Sequence record: PV191315.1 | Length of the DNA: 64,000 nt | Source: Escherichia phage vB_EcoM-P3322 | Reading direction: 5' to 3' (one strand) | Shown here: one piece after another, positions 8,900-19,374 of the stretch | Position numbering within the stretch: the first letter of the stretch is position 1 | Layout: each line of letters opens with the position of its first letter | The notes under the pieces: generated by a model | Told to the model about the DNA's origin: nothing | The model's input: the letters and a program-made list of their open reading frames with translations, nothing else | Database searches by the model: none | Position numbers and translations under genes: made by a program

Positions 8900-11140
8900 T
8901 TGATTCGTTTTGTAACTAAATCTAACGGTAAGACAGAGGAGTTTAATCCAGAAAAACTTCGCAAGTGGTCTGAATTTGCAGCAGGTAAACTAAACTGGTC
9001 TGAAATTGAATTAGAAGCTGTGAAGCGGTGTTATGACGGTGTGTCTACACGTGATCTGCATAAAGCAATGATTGCAGCGTGTATTGACAAGAAAACACAA
9101 GCTTACAGTGATATGGCAGGAAGACTTCTTCTTGGTATGATTTACAAACAGGCTCATGGGGGATACCACAGTATCCCTTCACTGAATACCTTTTATCATG
9201 ATATGGTAGAACGTGGACATTGGGCTAAAATGGATTATACTGATGAAGAGATCAAAGAAATCGGTAAGATTGTAAAGCATAATAAAAATCTAACTTATGG
9301 TTATTCTGTTTTACGTCAGATGGTAGATAAATATCTTATTCGAGATGCAGTAAACGATGTGGTGCATGAGTCTCCACAGTTTCTTTTCATTGGTATCGCA
9401 ATGAAGGTTATGGAGATCCAACCAAAAGAACGCCGTATAGAAGATATTAAAAAACTTTATACTTATGTTAGCGATCTTAAGATTAATCTGCCATCGCCGT
9501 ATCTGACAACTCTACGAACTCCAATCAAAGGAAGTGCGTCTTGTTGTTTATTCCGTGCAGACGATACAGCAGAGTCTTTAGCCATTGCTAATTACTTAGC
9601 TCATGAGTATACGTTGAATAACGCAGGTATTGGTGTTAATCTTCAAACTCGTGCCACAGGTCAAGGTGTTAAGAATAATCGTATTATTCATGGTGGTCTT
9701 CTTCCGTATCTGAAATGGATGGAAGATAGTGTTGGAGCTTCGAAGCAAGCAAGCCGTGGAGGTAGTGCTACAGTTACCTTTACCATACTTGAACCAGATT
9801 TCGACGATCTGATTCGACTGAAGAATCCAACAACACCTATAGATAAACGAGTAGACAAACTGGATTATTCTATTGTTGTTAACCGTTCGTTCTTGCGTCG
9901 AGCAGCAAAAAACGAAGATTGGATGTTAGTTAGTTGTGACGATGCTCCTGAACTTTATGAAGCTTTGTATAAAAGTGAAGAAGAGTTTGATGCAGTTTAT
10001 GACAAAGTAAGCCGTCGTCGCATTAAGAAAAAATTTGTTAAGGCTCGTGATCTTCTGACAGAGATTATTGTTCAACGTGCAGAAACAGGACGTATTTACA
10101 TGTTCTTTGCTGACAACGTTAACAACCATACACCTTTCCTGGATACGGTGTATCAATCAAACCTGTGTCAAGAAATCTTCTTACCAACTAAAGCTTTCCA
10201 TAGTATGCCGGATCTCTTTACTGGTGAGAATACAGAAGATCAAGAATTGGCTTTATGCTTCTTATCTTCTATTGTTGCTGGTCGTGTATTACCTGAAGAA
10301 TATGAAGATGTTGCATACTACACTGTATTGACAATTGACAACGTTATTGAAACAATGGATTATCCATTTAAACATAACGAAATAACTGCTAAAGCACGTA
10401 GATCTATTGGTGTAGGTATTACAAACTTAGCGCATTATTTGGCAAGTAATTTTGTAAATTATTCAGATGCTTATGCTAAAAAATTAATGCATGAACTTGC
10501 AGAACGTCATTACTTTTGGTTGGCAAAAGCCTCTCTGCGTCTGGCTAAGGAAAAAGGTAATGCAGAATGGATCGATAAGACCAAATGGCCTCAAGGTTGG
10601 CTACCAATTGACACTTATGCTAAAACAGTAGATAGTATCGGTAATTTTGATCTTAAAATGGACTGGGAAGGCTTACGTGCTGAAATCATTGAACAAGGTG
10701 GTATCCGTAACAGTGTCTTGGCTGCTATTGCACCTAATGAGTCCAGCAGTTTGGTAAGTAATACGACTAACTCTCTGTACCCTGTTCGTGATACTATTAT
10801 GTATAAACAAAGTCAGAAAGGTAGCGTATTATTTATTGTTCCAGATTACGAAAAACTGAAAATGTTCTACCAATCCGCCTGGGATACTCCGGCTAAAGAC
10901 CTTGCAGAAATGTATGGTATCTTTACCAAGTTTACGGACCAAGGAATTTCTTGTGATTCTTGGTTAGATTATTCTAAATTGGTAGGGGGACGTTTATCAG
11001 TTAAAGAAGAGATGAAATTTATTTTGAACTTTGCTAGACTGGGTGGTAAGTCATTGTATTACCTTAATAGTAGAACAAAATCAGCAGATTCTTTAGCACA
11101 AGAAGATTCTGATGGTGGTTGTGAAGCTTGTAAGATGTGA
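8900..11140 (+). CDS. nrdA: ribonucleotide reductase class Ia large subunit
   Basis: 746 aa colinear with E. coli NrdA incl. C-terminal redox cysteines (CEACKM); TTG start after GGAGGAG. Confidence 0.95.
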   Translation: MIRFVTKSNGKTEEFNPEKLRKWSEFAAGKLNWSEIELEAVKRCYDGVSTRDLHKAMIAACIDKKTQAYSDMAGRLLLGMIYKQAHGGYHSIPSLNTFYHDMVERGHWAKMDYTDEEIKEIGKIVKHNKNLTYGYSVLRQMVDKYLIRDAVNDVVHESPQFLFIGIAMKVMEIQPKERRIEDIKKLYTYVSDLKINLPSPYLTTLRTPIKGSASCCLFRADDTAESLAIANYLAHEYTLNNAGIGVNLQTRATGQGVKNNRIIHGGLLPYLKWMEDSVGASKQASRGGSATVTFTILEPDFDDLIRLKNPTTPIDKRVDKLDYSIVVNRSFLRRAAKNEDWMLVSCDDAPELYEALYKSEEEFDAVYDKVSRRRIKKKFVKARDLLTEIIVQRAETGRIYMFFADNVNNHTPFLDTVYQSNLCQEIFLPTKAFHSMPDLFTGENTEDQELALCFLSSIVAGRVLPEEYEDVAYYTVLTIDNVIETMDYPFKHNEITAKARRSIGVGITNLAHYLASNFVNYSDAYAKKLMHELAERHYFWLAKASLRLAKEKGNAEWIDKTKWPQGWLPIDTYAKTVDSIGNFDLKMDWEGLRAEIIEQGGIRNSVLAAIAPNESSSLVSNTTNSLYPVRDTIMYKQSQKGSVLFIVPDYEKLKMFYQSAWDTPAKDLAEMYGIFTKFTDQGISCDSWLDYSKLVGGRLSVKEEMKFILNFARLGGKSLYYLNSRTKSADSLAQEDSDGGCEACKM

Positions 11141-11147
11141 TGAAACT

Positions 11148-11168
11148 AGGGGCTTCGGCCCCTTTTTA
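11148..11168 (+). terminator. rho-independent terminator
   Basis: aggggc-ttcg-gcccct then ttttt. Confidence 0.7.
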
Positions 11169-11184
11169 TTGAGGAGAATTTTAA

Positions 11185-12270
11185 ATGGCAGCAATTAATT
11201 TACACAATGAAGTTTACAAAACAGGAAAATATCCAGTATTTTTAGGGGAACAATTAGGGATTTTTGATTCTGTTAACGTAACTTATCCAGAGATGCACAA
11301 ACTCTACAAACTTCAAAAAGCACAAGATTGGGATGAGAATGAAGTCAATCTGGATCAGACACGTAAAGATTTCGTAGCTTGTTCTAAAAACAACTATGAT
11401 GTTATGATTAAAAACTTATCGTTCCAATGGGAAAATGATTCTCTTGCAAAATCAATCATCACTTTGTTCTCTCCATTCTTGAGTAACAATGAAGCCTGTG
11501 CTATGATGATGAAGCAGAGTGAAATGGAAGTTCTCCATGCGTTAACGTATTCTGAAATAATCCGTCAATGTACTCCAGATCCAATTGAAGTCATCAATCA
11601 GATTATGATTAATGATAAAATTTTCAATCGTATGGGTATCATTGCTGATATCATGGGTCAGTTGGAAGAAGCTGGTCATAAGTATGCTCTAGGATTGATT
11701 GAAGCTAACGATGAACTTCGATTGCTGATTCTTAAAGGGATGGTAGCCCTGATTGGATTAGAAGGTATTCAGTTTATATCTTCCTTCTCTGCTACTTTTG
11801 CTATGGCAGAACAACAACTGTTTGTTGGGGCTTGTAAACTGATCCAGAAAATTATGCTAGATGAAATCTTGCATGTTAAGATGGATTATGCTGTAATTGA
11901 TGCATTGATGCATGACCCAATTTGGCGTAAAATTTACGAAGACAATATTGAAGAGTTGACTTTGATCCTCGACACTGTTGTTGAACAAGAGGAACAGTGG
12001 TGTGACTACCTGTTTAGTGAAGGTCGTTTTATTGTAGGTCTTAACGCCGAATTGTCTAAACAGTGGGTTTATTTCAATGCTGCGCCTATTTATCGTCGAT
12101 TGAAAATGAAAGCCAAGTTTAAAGCACCTAAACATAGTCCTTTAGCTTGGATGGAAAAATGGTTGAATCCTGATTTGATTCAGTCAGCAGCCCAAGAGAT
12201 TCAGTTAACTAATTACAAATTGAATTCAGCTAACAAAGATCTCTCTGATGATGAGGAGCTTGACTTCTAA
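11185..12270 (+). CDS. nrdB: ribonucleotide reductase class Ia small subunit
   Basis: 361 aa; NrdB-like N-terminus (PVFLGEQ) and iron-ligand regions; RBS GAGGAG. Confidence 0.9.
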   Translation: MAAINLHNEVYKTGKYPVFLGEQLGIFDSVNVTYPEMHKLYKLQKAQDWDENEVNLDQTRKDFVACSKNNYDVMIKNLSFQWENDSLAKSIITLFSPFLSNNEACAMMMKQSEMEVLHALTYSEIIRQCTPDPIEVINQIMINDKIFNRMGIIADIMGQLEEAGHKYALGLIEANDELRLLILKGMVALIGLEGIQFISSFSATFAMAEQQLFVGACKLIQKIMLDEILHVKMDYAVIDALMHDPIWRKIYEDNIEELTLILDTVVEQEEQWCDYLFSEGRFIVGLNAELSKQWVYFNAAPIYRRLKMKAKFKAPKHSPLAWMEKWLNPDLIQSAAQEIQLTNYKLNSANKDLSDDEELDF

Positions 12271-12479
12271 TGATTTTGAGATGTGTTGGTATAATCGACA
12301 CATTCAAAGACGTTTTTGATAAAGGGGCTTCTTATGAAGCCTCCGAAATGAAGAATGGTTTTTGTGATGTATTCGGTAAACGCCTGAAGAAAAACGGCGA
12401 TCCTTGGCTAGGAGTTATGTCTTGTGGTCATATTATTGTAAATGGTGTTGCCAAGTTTGAAATAATTAAGGAGGAATAA
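12270..12479 (+). CDS. hypothetical protein
   Basis: ATG overlaps nrdB stop (TAATG). Confidence 0.5.
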   Translation: MILRCVGIIDTFKDVFDKGASYEASEMKNGFCDVFGKRLKKNGDPWLGVMSCGHIIVNGVAKFEIIKEE

Positions 12480-12625
12480 TGGCTGAAAAACTTATTTTTT
12501 GTCCTGTGTGCGGTGGGACTGGACAGATGGAAGTGGAAATTATGGTAACATTTCCTTGCCTGAATTGTCATGGTGAGGGACGAGTAGTAGTCTTTGAAAA
12601 AGAAGAGGTGGAAGATGGAGAATGA
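12479..12625 (+). CDS. small zinc-ribbon protein (DnaJ-type CxxCxGxG)
   Basis: 48-aa ORF below track threshold; RBS AAGGAGG; CPVCGGTG...CLNCHGEG. Confidence 0.45.
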   Translation: MAEKLIFCPVCGGTGQMEVEIMVTFPCLNCHGEGRVVVFEKEEVEDGE

Positions 12626-12779
12626 AAAAGAGTATGTCCGTATTCCACGAGAATTAACAGATCACATTGCAGAAGCAATAGCTTTCGAAGCTAGATGTTG
12701 TGGAGGCATTGCTTACGATATTTATGAAGCAATTATTAAAGCTGCTCAAGAAGAGGAGGAGATGAAAAATGGGTATTGA
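12615..12779 (+). CDS. hypothetical acidic protein
   Basis: ATG 12615 overlaps previous stop; start uncertain (track 12594). Confidence 0.4.
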   Translation: MENEKEYVRIPRELTDHIAEAIAFEARCCGGIAYDIYEAIIKAAQEEEEMKNGY

Positions 12780-13095
12780 TATCGAATGGCGTATGTTACA
12801 GGGTGCACCTTTTAATAAGTGGGAAGAGGCTGTAGGAGAAGATCCTAGAATTGAAGAAGAATTTGATGGAGATTTTAACTGGTTCTTACAAGAAGGTCTG
12901 GACTTAAGCCGCATCTCTCCTTTCTACGATGCGGATGAGTCTTATTGCATATATGGCCTTGATTTAGAAGGCGGAGAGGGAAGCATAGCTGTAGATCTTG
13001 AGCAATTGAATGAGAATGCAAAAGAAGCCTATGCAAAGCTACTTGAAAAATATAACATTAAAACGGAAACTATTATTTCTCAACATGTCTGGTAA
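12769..13095 (+). CDS. hypothetical protein
   Basis: RBS GAGGAG before ATG. Confidence 0.55.
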   Translation: MGIDIEWRMLQGAPFNKWEEAVGEDPRIEEEFDGDFNWFLQEGLDLSRISPFYDADESYCIYGLDLEGGEGSIAVDLEQLNENAKEAYAKLLEKYNIKTETIISQHVW

Positions 13096-13104
13096 GGAGA
13101 ACTG

Positions 13105-14097
13105 ATGCGCTATCTGGTAACAGGTGGTCTTGGTTTTATTGGGAGTGCCGTGGTGCGCTCTCTTTGTCAAGATCCTAATAACGAAGTTTTTGTCGTTGAT
13201 AAGATGGGCTATGCAGCAGATATTGAGAATGTAGGCGATATCACTCACGTTAAACTAAGCATGACAGATTTGGCAAACGAAACCCAGGTCAAAAGTTTAG
13301 TAGTAGAGTGCAATCCTGACTTCATCATTCACTTAGCGGCAGAAAGTCATGTGGATAATTCTATCAAGAATCCACGAGTTTTCATCGACTCCAATATTAT
13401 CGGTACATACAATTTATTGGAAGCTGCAAGGCTCCTCCCAAAAAATAAACTGAAGATGTTCGTACACGTCTCCACAGACGAAGTGTACGGCGATATGGCA
13501 GACTCTGGCGTTCCCTTTACCGAAGAGACAGCTTATGCCCCTTCAAGCCCGTACAGTGCGTCTAAAGCAGCATCTGACCATCTTGTGAAAGCTTGGCACC
13601 GCACCTACGATTTGCCTGTTGTGATAACCAACTGCTCCAATAACTTTGGGCCTTATCAACATCCAGAAAAGCTGATCCCAAAAATCATCACAAGTATCTT
13701 GACGAATAAAGAGATTCCGGTGTATGGTAAAGGCGACCAGGTGCGAGACTGGCTTTTTGTTGAGGATCATGCGCGAGCTATTCTTCAAGTGGCAACAGGT
13801 GGAGAACCAGGTCAAACGTATAATGTTGGAACACGTAATCCCAAAACCAATATGGAGATCATCTATATGGTTTGTGACTATATGGATACTGTACATCCAG
13901 AAGCAGTAACCTACCCTTCTTCCAACTTGATAACTTTTGTTGAAGATCGTAAAGGACATGACTTGCGTTATGAAATCAATCCTTCTAAGATAGAGTCTGA
14001 ACTGGGCTGGAGTGCAAACTCTACATTTGAACAAGATCTCTACTCAACGATTGAATGGTACTTAAACAACCCTCAATGGTGGAGTGAGAAAATTTAA
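13105..14097 (+). CDS. rfbB: dTDP-glucose 4,6-dehydratase
   Basis: [10 protein letters not shown] Rossmann motif, YSASK catalytic motif, RmlB-like length. Confidence 0.9.
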   Translation: MRYLVTGGLGFIGSAVVRSLCQDPNNEVFVVDKMGYAADIENVGDITHVKLSMTDLANETQVKSLVVECNPDFIIHLAAESHVDNSIKNPRVFIDSNIIGTYNLLEAARLLPKNKLKMFVHVSTDEVYGDMADSGVPFTEETAYAPSSPYSASKAASDHLVKAWHRTYDLPVVITNCSNNFGPYQHPEKLIPKIITSILTNKEIPVYGKGDQVRDWLFVEDHARAILQVATGGEPGQTYNVGTRNPKTNMEIIYMVCDYMDTVHPEAVTYPSSNLITFVEDRKGHDLRYEINPSKIESELGWSANSTFEQDLYSTIEWYLNNPQWWSEKI

Positions 14098-14105
14098 GGA
14101 GGGTT

Positions 14106-14984
14106 ATGAAAGGTATTATTTTGGCGGGAGGAAGTGGAACCCGCCTTCATCCGGTAACACGCAGTGTGAGCAAGCAATTGCTCCCTGTGTATGACAAACC
14201 CATGATCTACTACCCTTTATCGGTATTGATGTTGGCTGACATTAAGGATATTTTAATCATCACCACACCAGGTGATCAGGAAGACTTTCAGTATCTTCTC
14301 GGAGATGGGTCTATGTTTGGAATAAAACTCACTTACGCAATCCAATCCGAGCCACGAGGTCTTGCGGAAGCTTTCATCATAGGTAAAGATTTTATCGGAG
14401 AAGACTCTGTTGCTCTTATTTTAGGTGACAACCTATTCTTCGGACAAAGCTTTGGTAAACTACTGATTAACGCCAGTGAGATGGTAGATGTTTGGGGAGG
14501 AGCTTGTATTTTCGGGTATTTGGTGAAAGATCCTGAACGATTCGGTGTGGTTGAATTTGGGAGTAATCGTCAAGCTATTTCTATTGAAGAGAAACCTGAA
14601 AATCCTAAATCAGATTATGCTGTCACAGGTTTGTATTTCTATGATAACTCTGTTATTCAACGTGCATTAGAAGTAACCCCTTCCGCGCGTGGAGAACTGG
14701 AGATCACTGATATCAATCGCAGCTACCTAGAAGACAGGAAGTTACAAGTGGAAGTTCTCGGACGAGGATTTACTTGGCTTGACACAGGAACACACGCCAG
14801 TCTGATGGAAGCTGGTCAATTCGTGCAGACTATTGAGAACTGTCAAGGATTGAAGATTGCGTGCCTGGAAGAAATTGCTTTCAAAAAAGGGTGGATTTCT
14901 TTAGAGACTTTGGTGTATCATGGAAACTCACTGAAGAAAACAGAGTACGGGCAATACCTACTCAAATTAGCGGAGAGAAAATGA
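14106..14984 (+). CDS. rfbA: glucose-1-phosphate thymidylyltransferase
   Basis: [16 protein letters not shown]...[17 protein letters not shown] signature. Confidence 0.92.
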   Translation: MKGIILAGGSGTRLHPVTRSVSKQLLPVYDKPMIYYPLSVLMLADIKDILIITTPGDQEDFQYLLGDGSMFGIKLTYAIQSEPRGLAEAFIIGKDFIGEDSVALILGDNLFFGQSFGKLLINASEMVDVWGGACIFGYLVKDPERFGVVEFGSNRQAISIEEKPENPKSDYAVTGLYFYDNSVIQRALEVTPSARGELEITDINRSYLEDRKLQVEVLGRGFTWLDTGTHASLMEAGQFVQTIENCQGLKIACLEEIAFKKGWISLETLVYHGNSLKKTEYGQYLLKLAERK

Positions 14985-15547
14985 AAGTAGAAAAAACAAA
15001 AATTGAAGGTGCGGTAATTATCAAACCAGACGTTTATAAAGATGATCGTGGTTTCTTTCTAGAAACATATAATGAACAAAAATACGAAGATATTATTGGT
15101 AGACAAACTTTCGTTCAAGATAACATGTCTAAATCAAACTTCGGTGTTTTGCGAGGAATGCACTTTCAAACAAATAACCCGCAAGGTAAGCTAGTTCGTT
15201 GTGTAAGTGGGGAAGTATTGGATTTCGCTGTAGATTTACGTAAAGATAGTCCAACTTACGGTGCTTGGGACGGTGTTGTTCTTCGTGCACGACACCATAC
15301 GCAGTTTTGGCTTCCGCCTGGTTTGGCTCATGGTTTTATAGTTTTGAGTATGGATGCTATCTTTGAATACAAATGCACAACTCCATACGACCCTTCTAGT
15401 GAACAAAGTTTACGTTGGGATGATCCTGATATAGGGATCGATTGGGGCTTCGATATGATTTTTGACGAAGGTTTTAAACCTATTCTATCAACAAAAGATG
15501 CAATGGCTAAATCTTTTCAACAGTTACGTAGCGAGGGTGTATGCTAA
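14981..15547 (+). CDS. rfbC: dTDP-4-dehydrorhamnose 3,5-epimerase
   Basis: ATG overlaps rfbA stop (ATGA); RmlC-like DDRGFF and cupin motifs; track start 14861 is an upstream GTG. Confidence 0.88.
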   Translation: MKVEKTKIEGAVIIKPDVYKDDRGFFLETYNEQKYEDIIGRQTFVQDNMSKSNFGVLRGMHFQTNNPQGKLVRCVSGEVLDFAVDLRKDSPTYGAWDGVVLRARHHTQFWLPPGLAHGFIVLSMDAIFEYKCTTPYDPSSEQSLRWDDPDIGIDWGFDMIFDEGFKPILSTKDAMAKSFQQLRSEGVC

Positions 15548-16382
15548 CATATCTGGTATTGGGCGGTAATGGACAACTGGGACAAGCTTTACGTAAAGTG
15601 GCTCCTTCAAATGTATCTTTAATTTATCCTAAAGAACGTGTAGATATTACAAATTTTGAAGCTGTGCGAAACGCTATTATTGAAGATTATGTAGATGGTG
15701 TTATTAATTGCGCCGCTTATACGGCTGTAGATAAAGCAGAACATGATTTTGCTACTGCTTTGGCTGTTAATGCGTATGGACCTGCAAATATTGCGGCAGT
15801 GTGCAGCAAACTTAAAATTGATTTTGTGCATATTTCTACAGACTATATTTTTAATTATTCTCATCCTATTTTTGAAGATACTACACCTAACCCAATAAAC
15901 AATTATGGGTATACGAAAGAACTTGGTGAAAAATGGTGCGAGGAGTTAACCCAAATGCATATATTATTCGAACAGCCTCGGTATATAGCGAATTTGGAAA
16001 TAACTTTCTAAAAACCATGTTGTCTCGCTATAATGATGGACAACGTGATTTTATTATTGTTGCTGATCAGTTCTCTTGTCCAACATATGCTCCAGATTTA
16101 GCAGAAGCTATTTTTGAAGTATTAAAAACAGGTTGGTCAAGGTCTATTAAGACTTACCATTTTGCAGGAAGCCATCTTATTTCTTGGGCGGAGTTTGCGG
16201 AAAAGATCTTGACACAGATGCCAGAACCTGTTAAGATATCGGCGGTATCAGCTTCAACCTACAATGCTCCAGCAGCACGTCCGGTGAAGTCACAACTAGT
16301 AACCAGTCACTATCTTACAAAATCAGATTTAAATAAAGGTATTGAACAGTCTTTAGCAGTATTACTTAATAAGGAGAGGTAA
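15541..16382 (+). pseudogene. rfbD: dTDP-4-dehydrorhamnose reductase, interrupted by 1-nt frameshift in A5 run near 15928-15933
   Basis: N-terminal half (15541..16011) and C-terminal half (15933..16382) in different frames; together colinear with RmlD. Confidence 0.75.
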
Positions 16383-16642
16383 TGGAATTTGTAATTTTTG
16401 GTAAACCTAACTGTCAATTTTGTGAAATGTCAAAACAACTATTAACTATGCGCAATAAACAGTTTGAATATTTAAGTCTTGATCAAGACTATGATTTAGA
16501 ATCAATGACTAAAACAGTTGTTGATCTTACCGGAGTTCCTCCACGCACATTTCCACAAATTCTGTCCGAAGTGAACGGGGAGGTAACATACGTAGGCGGT
16601 TTTACCGAACTGCGTGATCTCATGGCTCAAATTGCGGAGTAA
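16382..16642 (+). CDS. nrdC: glutaredoxin (T4 NrdC-like)
   Basis: CQFC active site; C-terminal PQI...GGF..LR resembles T4 NrdC. Confidence 0.75.
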   Translation: MEFVIFGKPNCQFCEMSKQLLTMRNKQFEYLSLDQDYDLESMTKTVVDLTGVPPRTFPQILSEVNGEVTYVGGFTELRDLMAQIAE

Positions 16643-16647
16643 CAATT

Positions 16648-16797
16648 ATGAAAAGTAAACAGAAACGTAAGATCTTTTCTCGTGCTTTGGCAAATGAGCT
16701 GAAGTCCAACATAAAGAAAACGAAACCAAAACGTGAAACTTCTCCAGAACATCTGTTGTTTAACGAGTTGGATCACGGAGTAGGAGACGACGAATAG
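16648..16797 (+). CDS. small basic hypothetical protein
   Basis: 49-aa ORF below track threshold; fills gap between nrdC and lysozyme. Confidence 0.35.
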   Translation: MKSKQKRKIFSRALANELKSNIKKTKPKRETSPEHLLFNELDHGVGDDE

Positions 16798-16804
16798 GAA
16801 GTAA

Positions 16805-17305
16805 ATGGCTAAAGTAGTAGATGAGTTTGATATGCTACGAGTCGATGAAGGACTGAAGCTTACTGTTTATCAAGACCATCTTGGTTATTGGACAGTCGGC
16901 ATAGGACACCTTCTGACTAAAATAAAAGATAAAGCAAAGGCTATTCAAATCTTAGATAATCTTCTTGGTCGTAAGACTAATGGAGTTATCACAGAAAAAG
17001 AAGCCCGTCAAATCTTTGCTGACGATGTTGCAAAAGTGAAGAGAGACATAAAAAACAGTACTATCTTATCACCAATCTATGATAAGGTTAGTGATACTCG
17101 TAAATTGGGAATAATTAACATGGTTTTCCAGTTGGGGTTAAAAGGTGCTGAAGGGTTTCAAAATAGCTTGACTTTAATCAGCAATGCATATTATACTCAA
17201 GCAGGTAAAAACATGCGTAAAAGCCGATGGTATAGCCAGACGCCAAACCGTGCTGAACGAGTAATTAAAGTTCTGACTTCTGGAACTTTAGATGCTTACA
17301 ACTAA
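16805..17305 (+). CDS. e: T4-type lysozyme (endolysin)
   Basis: MLRVDEGLKLTVYQD..GYWTVGIGHLL and SRWYSQTPNRAERVI match T4 lysozyme. Confidence 0.92.
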   Translation: MAKVVDEFDMLRVDEGLKLTVYQDHLGYWTVGIGHLLTKIKDKAKAIQILDNLLGRKTNGVITEKEARQIFADDVAKVKRDIKNSTILSPIYDKVSDTRKLGIINMVFQLGLKGAEGFQNSLTLISNAYYTQAGKNMRKSRWYSQTPNRAERVIKVLTSGTLDAYN

Positions 17306-17309
17306 TAAA

Positions 17310-17330
17310 GGGGCTTCGGCCCCTTCTAAA
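17310..17330 (+). terminator. stem-loop terminator
   Basis: aggggc-ttcg-gcccct. Confidence 0.6.
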
Positions 17331-17342
17331 AGGAGTGCTACT

Positions 17343-18101
17343 ATGGGAAATAAAACCGCAGCTAAAACACAACGGCAGAAACTGGCTAATTCAGCAAAGA
17401 TTGAAAGCCGTTATGCAGCAAAAGCGGTAGGTAATGACGATTACCGTTTAGATGAATTTATGCCTGAAGGGGACCAAAATAAGATTGTTCAAAGCATGAT
17501 TTGGAATGATCTGACTGTTGTAAATGCTCCGGCAGGGACTGGTAAAACCTCTGTTGCTTTATGGAAAGCTTTGCAGATGCTTCGTTCAGGAGACTTCCGT
17601 AAACTACTTTTTATCAAGAACCCTACTGAAGTCGGAGATGACCAGATTGGTTTCTTGTCTGGGGATAAAACAGATAAACTAGCAGCACACTATGAATCTA
17701 CAAAACGTATTTTCCAGCAATTCATGACAGCCAACAAATTGGAAAACGATATTGGATCAGGTAAGATCGAATTGAATATTCCTAACTATTTGTTGGGGGC
17801 CACCCTGGATAATACTATCGTCATTATTGACGAAGCACAACTTATGTCAACAGAAACACTTAAACTTCTTATTGAACGTGCAGGTATTAATACGCATGTT
17901 ATTGTATTAGGCGATGTTCGCCAGACATATGCAATTAAAAAACGTAGTAATGGTCTGCATCAAATTTTGGAACTTTTATATCCAGAGAATGAAGAAGGTG
18001 TTCGTGAGCCAATTGTAGATTTTATTGGATATGTTGAACTGACAACGGACGATAATAAACGTGGACGTTTGTCTAAACTGATTACTGAAGTGTTTATTTA
18101 A
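17343..18101 (+). CDS. phoH: PhoH-like ATPase
   Basis: Walker A GTGKTS; PhoH-like length; ATG 17343 after AAAGGAG. Confidence 0.85.
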   Translation: MGNKTAAKTQRQKLANSAKIESRYAAKAVGNDDYRLDEFMPEGDQNKIVQSMIWNDLTVVNAPAGTGKTSVALWKALQMLRSGDFRKLLFIKNPTEVGDDQIGFLSGDKTDKLAAHYESTKRIFQQFMTANKLENDIGSGKIELNIPNYLLGATLDNTIVIIDEAQLMSTETLKLLIERAGINTHVIVLGDVRQTYAIKKRSNGLHQILELLYPENEEGVREPIVDFIGYVELTTDDNKRGRLSKLITEVFI

Positions 18102-18136
18102 TAATGTGGCAGGGAAGCCATTTATAAGGAGGATTG

Positions 18137-18637
18137 ATGGGTGTAGCAACAATAGCTATCGGAAGAAGCGGTATAGATGAGTGCTATCAAACGGGACTCG
18201 TAAAACCTAACGAATTTCGTCAAATTTGTGTAAACCATATTGAAAAAGAGATTGCTCTTACTTTAGAGAATATGACCCTCCGAGATAAACTGGAAATGTT
18301 TAAATGTTGGTGTCTAGGAGAAGATTGGCTTTTAAACCATTTTCAAGAACTTTCTGATAGTAAAGAAAGCTTGTTTGATTGTATAATAGGAATAGCTGGC
18401 TCCGATCCTAGCCTTCTGCACATAACAGAAGAAGAGGCGAAGTTACTGTTCTTAAGTAATTTGTTTAATAAGAAAGCACTGCTTGTTCGTGATTGCAGTG
18501 ATCTTCTTAATAACCCGCTCGCAACGTCTGATCAAATTTTTGTTGACAAAGAGACACTACGTGCGATAGAATACATCTGCAAATATGTGAATGGCGGGAA
18601 AGCGGTTCTTAAAACATTAACAGAGGAGGAAGAATAG
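18137..18637 (+). CDS. hypothetical protein
   Basis: RBS AAGGAGG. Confidence 0.6.
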   Translation: MGVATIAIGRSGIDECYQTGLVKPNEFRQICVNHIEKEIALTLENMTLRDKLEMFKCWCLGEDWLLNHFQELSDSKESLFDCIIGIAGSDPSLLHITEEEAKLLFLSNLFNKKALLVRDCSDLLNNPLATSDQIFVDKETLRAIEYICKYVNGGKAVLKTLTEEEE

Positions 18638-19329
18638 TGACGACAATTATTGCAACCAAAAATAAGATTTTGAGTGACGGTAAGGTAACTTTTGGTGGAC
18701 GTGTAGATTCTATTAATTTCAAAAAGGTTCGAAAAATTGGAGATTACCTTGTAGGTGGTGCTGGTCGTCTGACCTCCGTGCTTTCTTTCTTTCAATGGTT
18801 TGAACAAAATCTACAGTGCGAAGCAGCACGTGATGCTGTCCCTGGTTTGATGATTCACTCTGATCCAGACAAAGAAGATGAAGAATTTATTGCACTTGTT
18901 GTTCATCCAGATGGACGTATTTTCCTGCACGAAGGTAACAACCCAACACGTGCATATCCGATTGATGAAGAATATTATGCAGTAGGAAGTGGGTCAGACT
19001 TTGCTTTAGCTGCTCTTGACGCAGGGGCAACACCAGAACAAGCTATGGAAGTAGCTAAAAAGCGAGATGCTTTTTCTGGTGGTGAAACATTTATTGAAGA
19101 ACAAGACGAGATTATTGAATTAACAGACGATGATTTAGAAAACTTCTCCAAAGAAGAATTGATCAATCTTTTGAAATTCGGTAATCCCTACGGTGAAGAA
19201 GAACCTCGTAACGTGGCAGGTAACGAGGCGGATACTGAAGAAAAATCTGTTGCAGAAAACAACTTGACTTCTAAATCTGAAAATATTAATCTCGTAAATG
19301 TGGCGGATTTCGAAGGAACCGCTATTTAA
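18637..19329 (+). CDS. HslV/proteasome-beta-like Ntn peptidase with acidic C-terminal extension
   Basis: N-terminal MTTIIATKN (Thr1 nucleophile); GxGxxxS-like segments; GTG start after GAGGAGGA. Confidence 0.5.
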   Translation: MTTIIATKNKILSDGKVTFGGRVDSINFKKVRKIGDYLVGGAGRLTSVLSFFQWFEQNLQCEAARDAVPGLMIHSDPDKEDEEFIALVVHPDGRIFLHEGNNPTRAYPIDEEYYAVGSGSDFALAALDAGATPEQAMEVAKKRDAFSGGETFIEEQDEIIELTDDDLENFSKEELINLLKFGNPYGEEEPRNVAGNEADTEEKSVAENNLTSKSENINLVNVADFEGTAI

Positions 19330-19335
19330 CAAACT

Positions 19336-19355
19336 GCCCCTTCGGGGGCATTTCT
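19336..19355 (+). terminator. stem-loop terminator
   Basis: gcccc-ttcg-ggggc then atttctt. Confidence 0.6.
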
Positions 19356-19374
19356 TAAACATAGGAGATTAATA

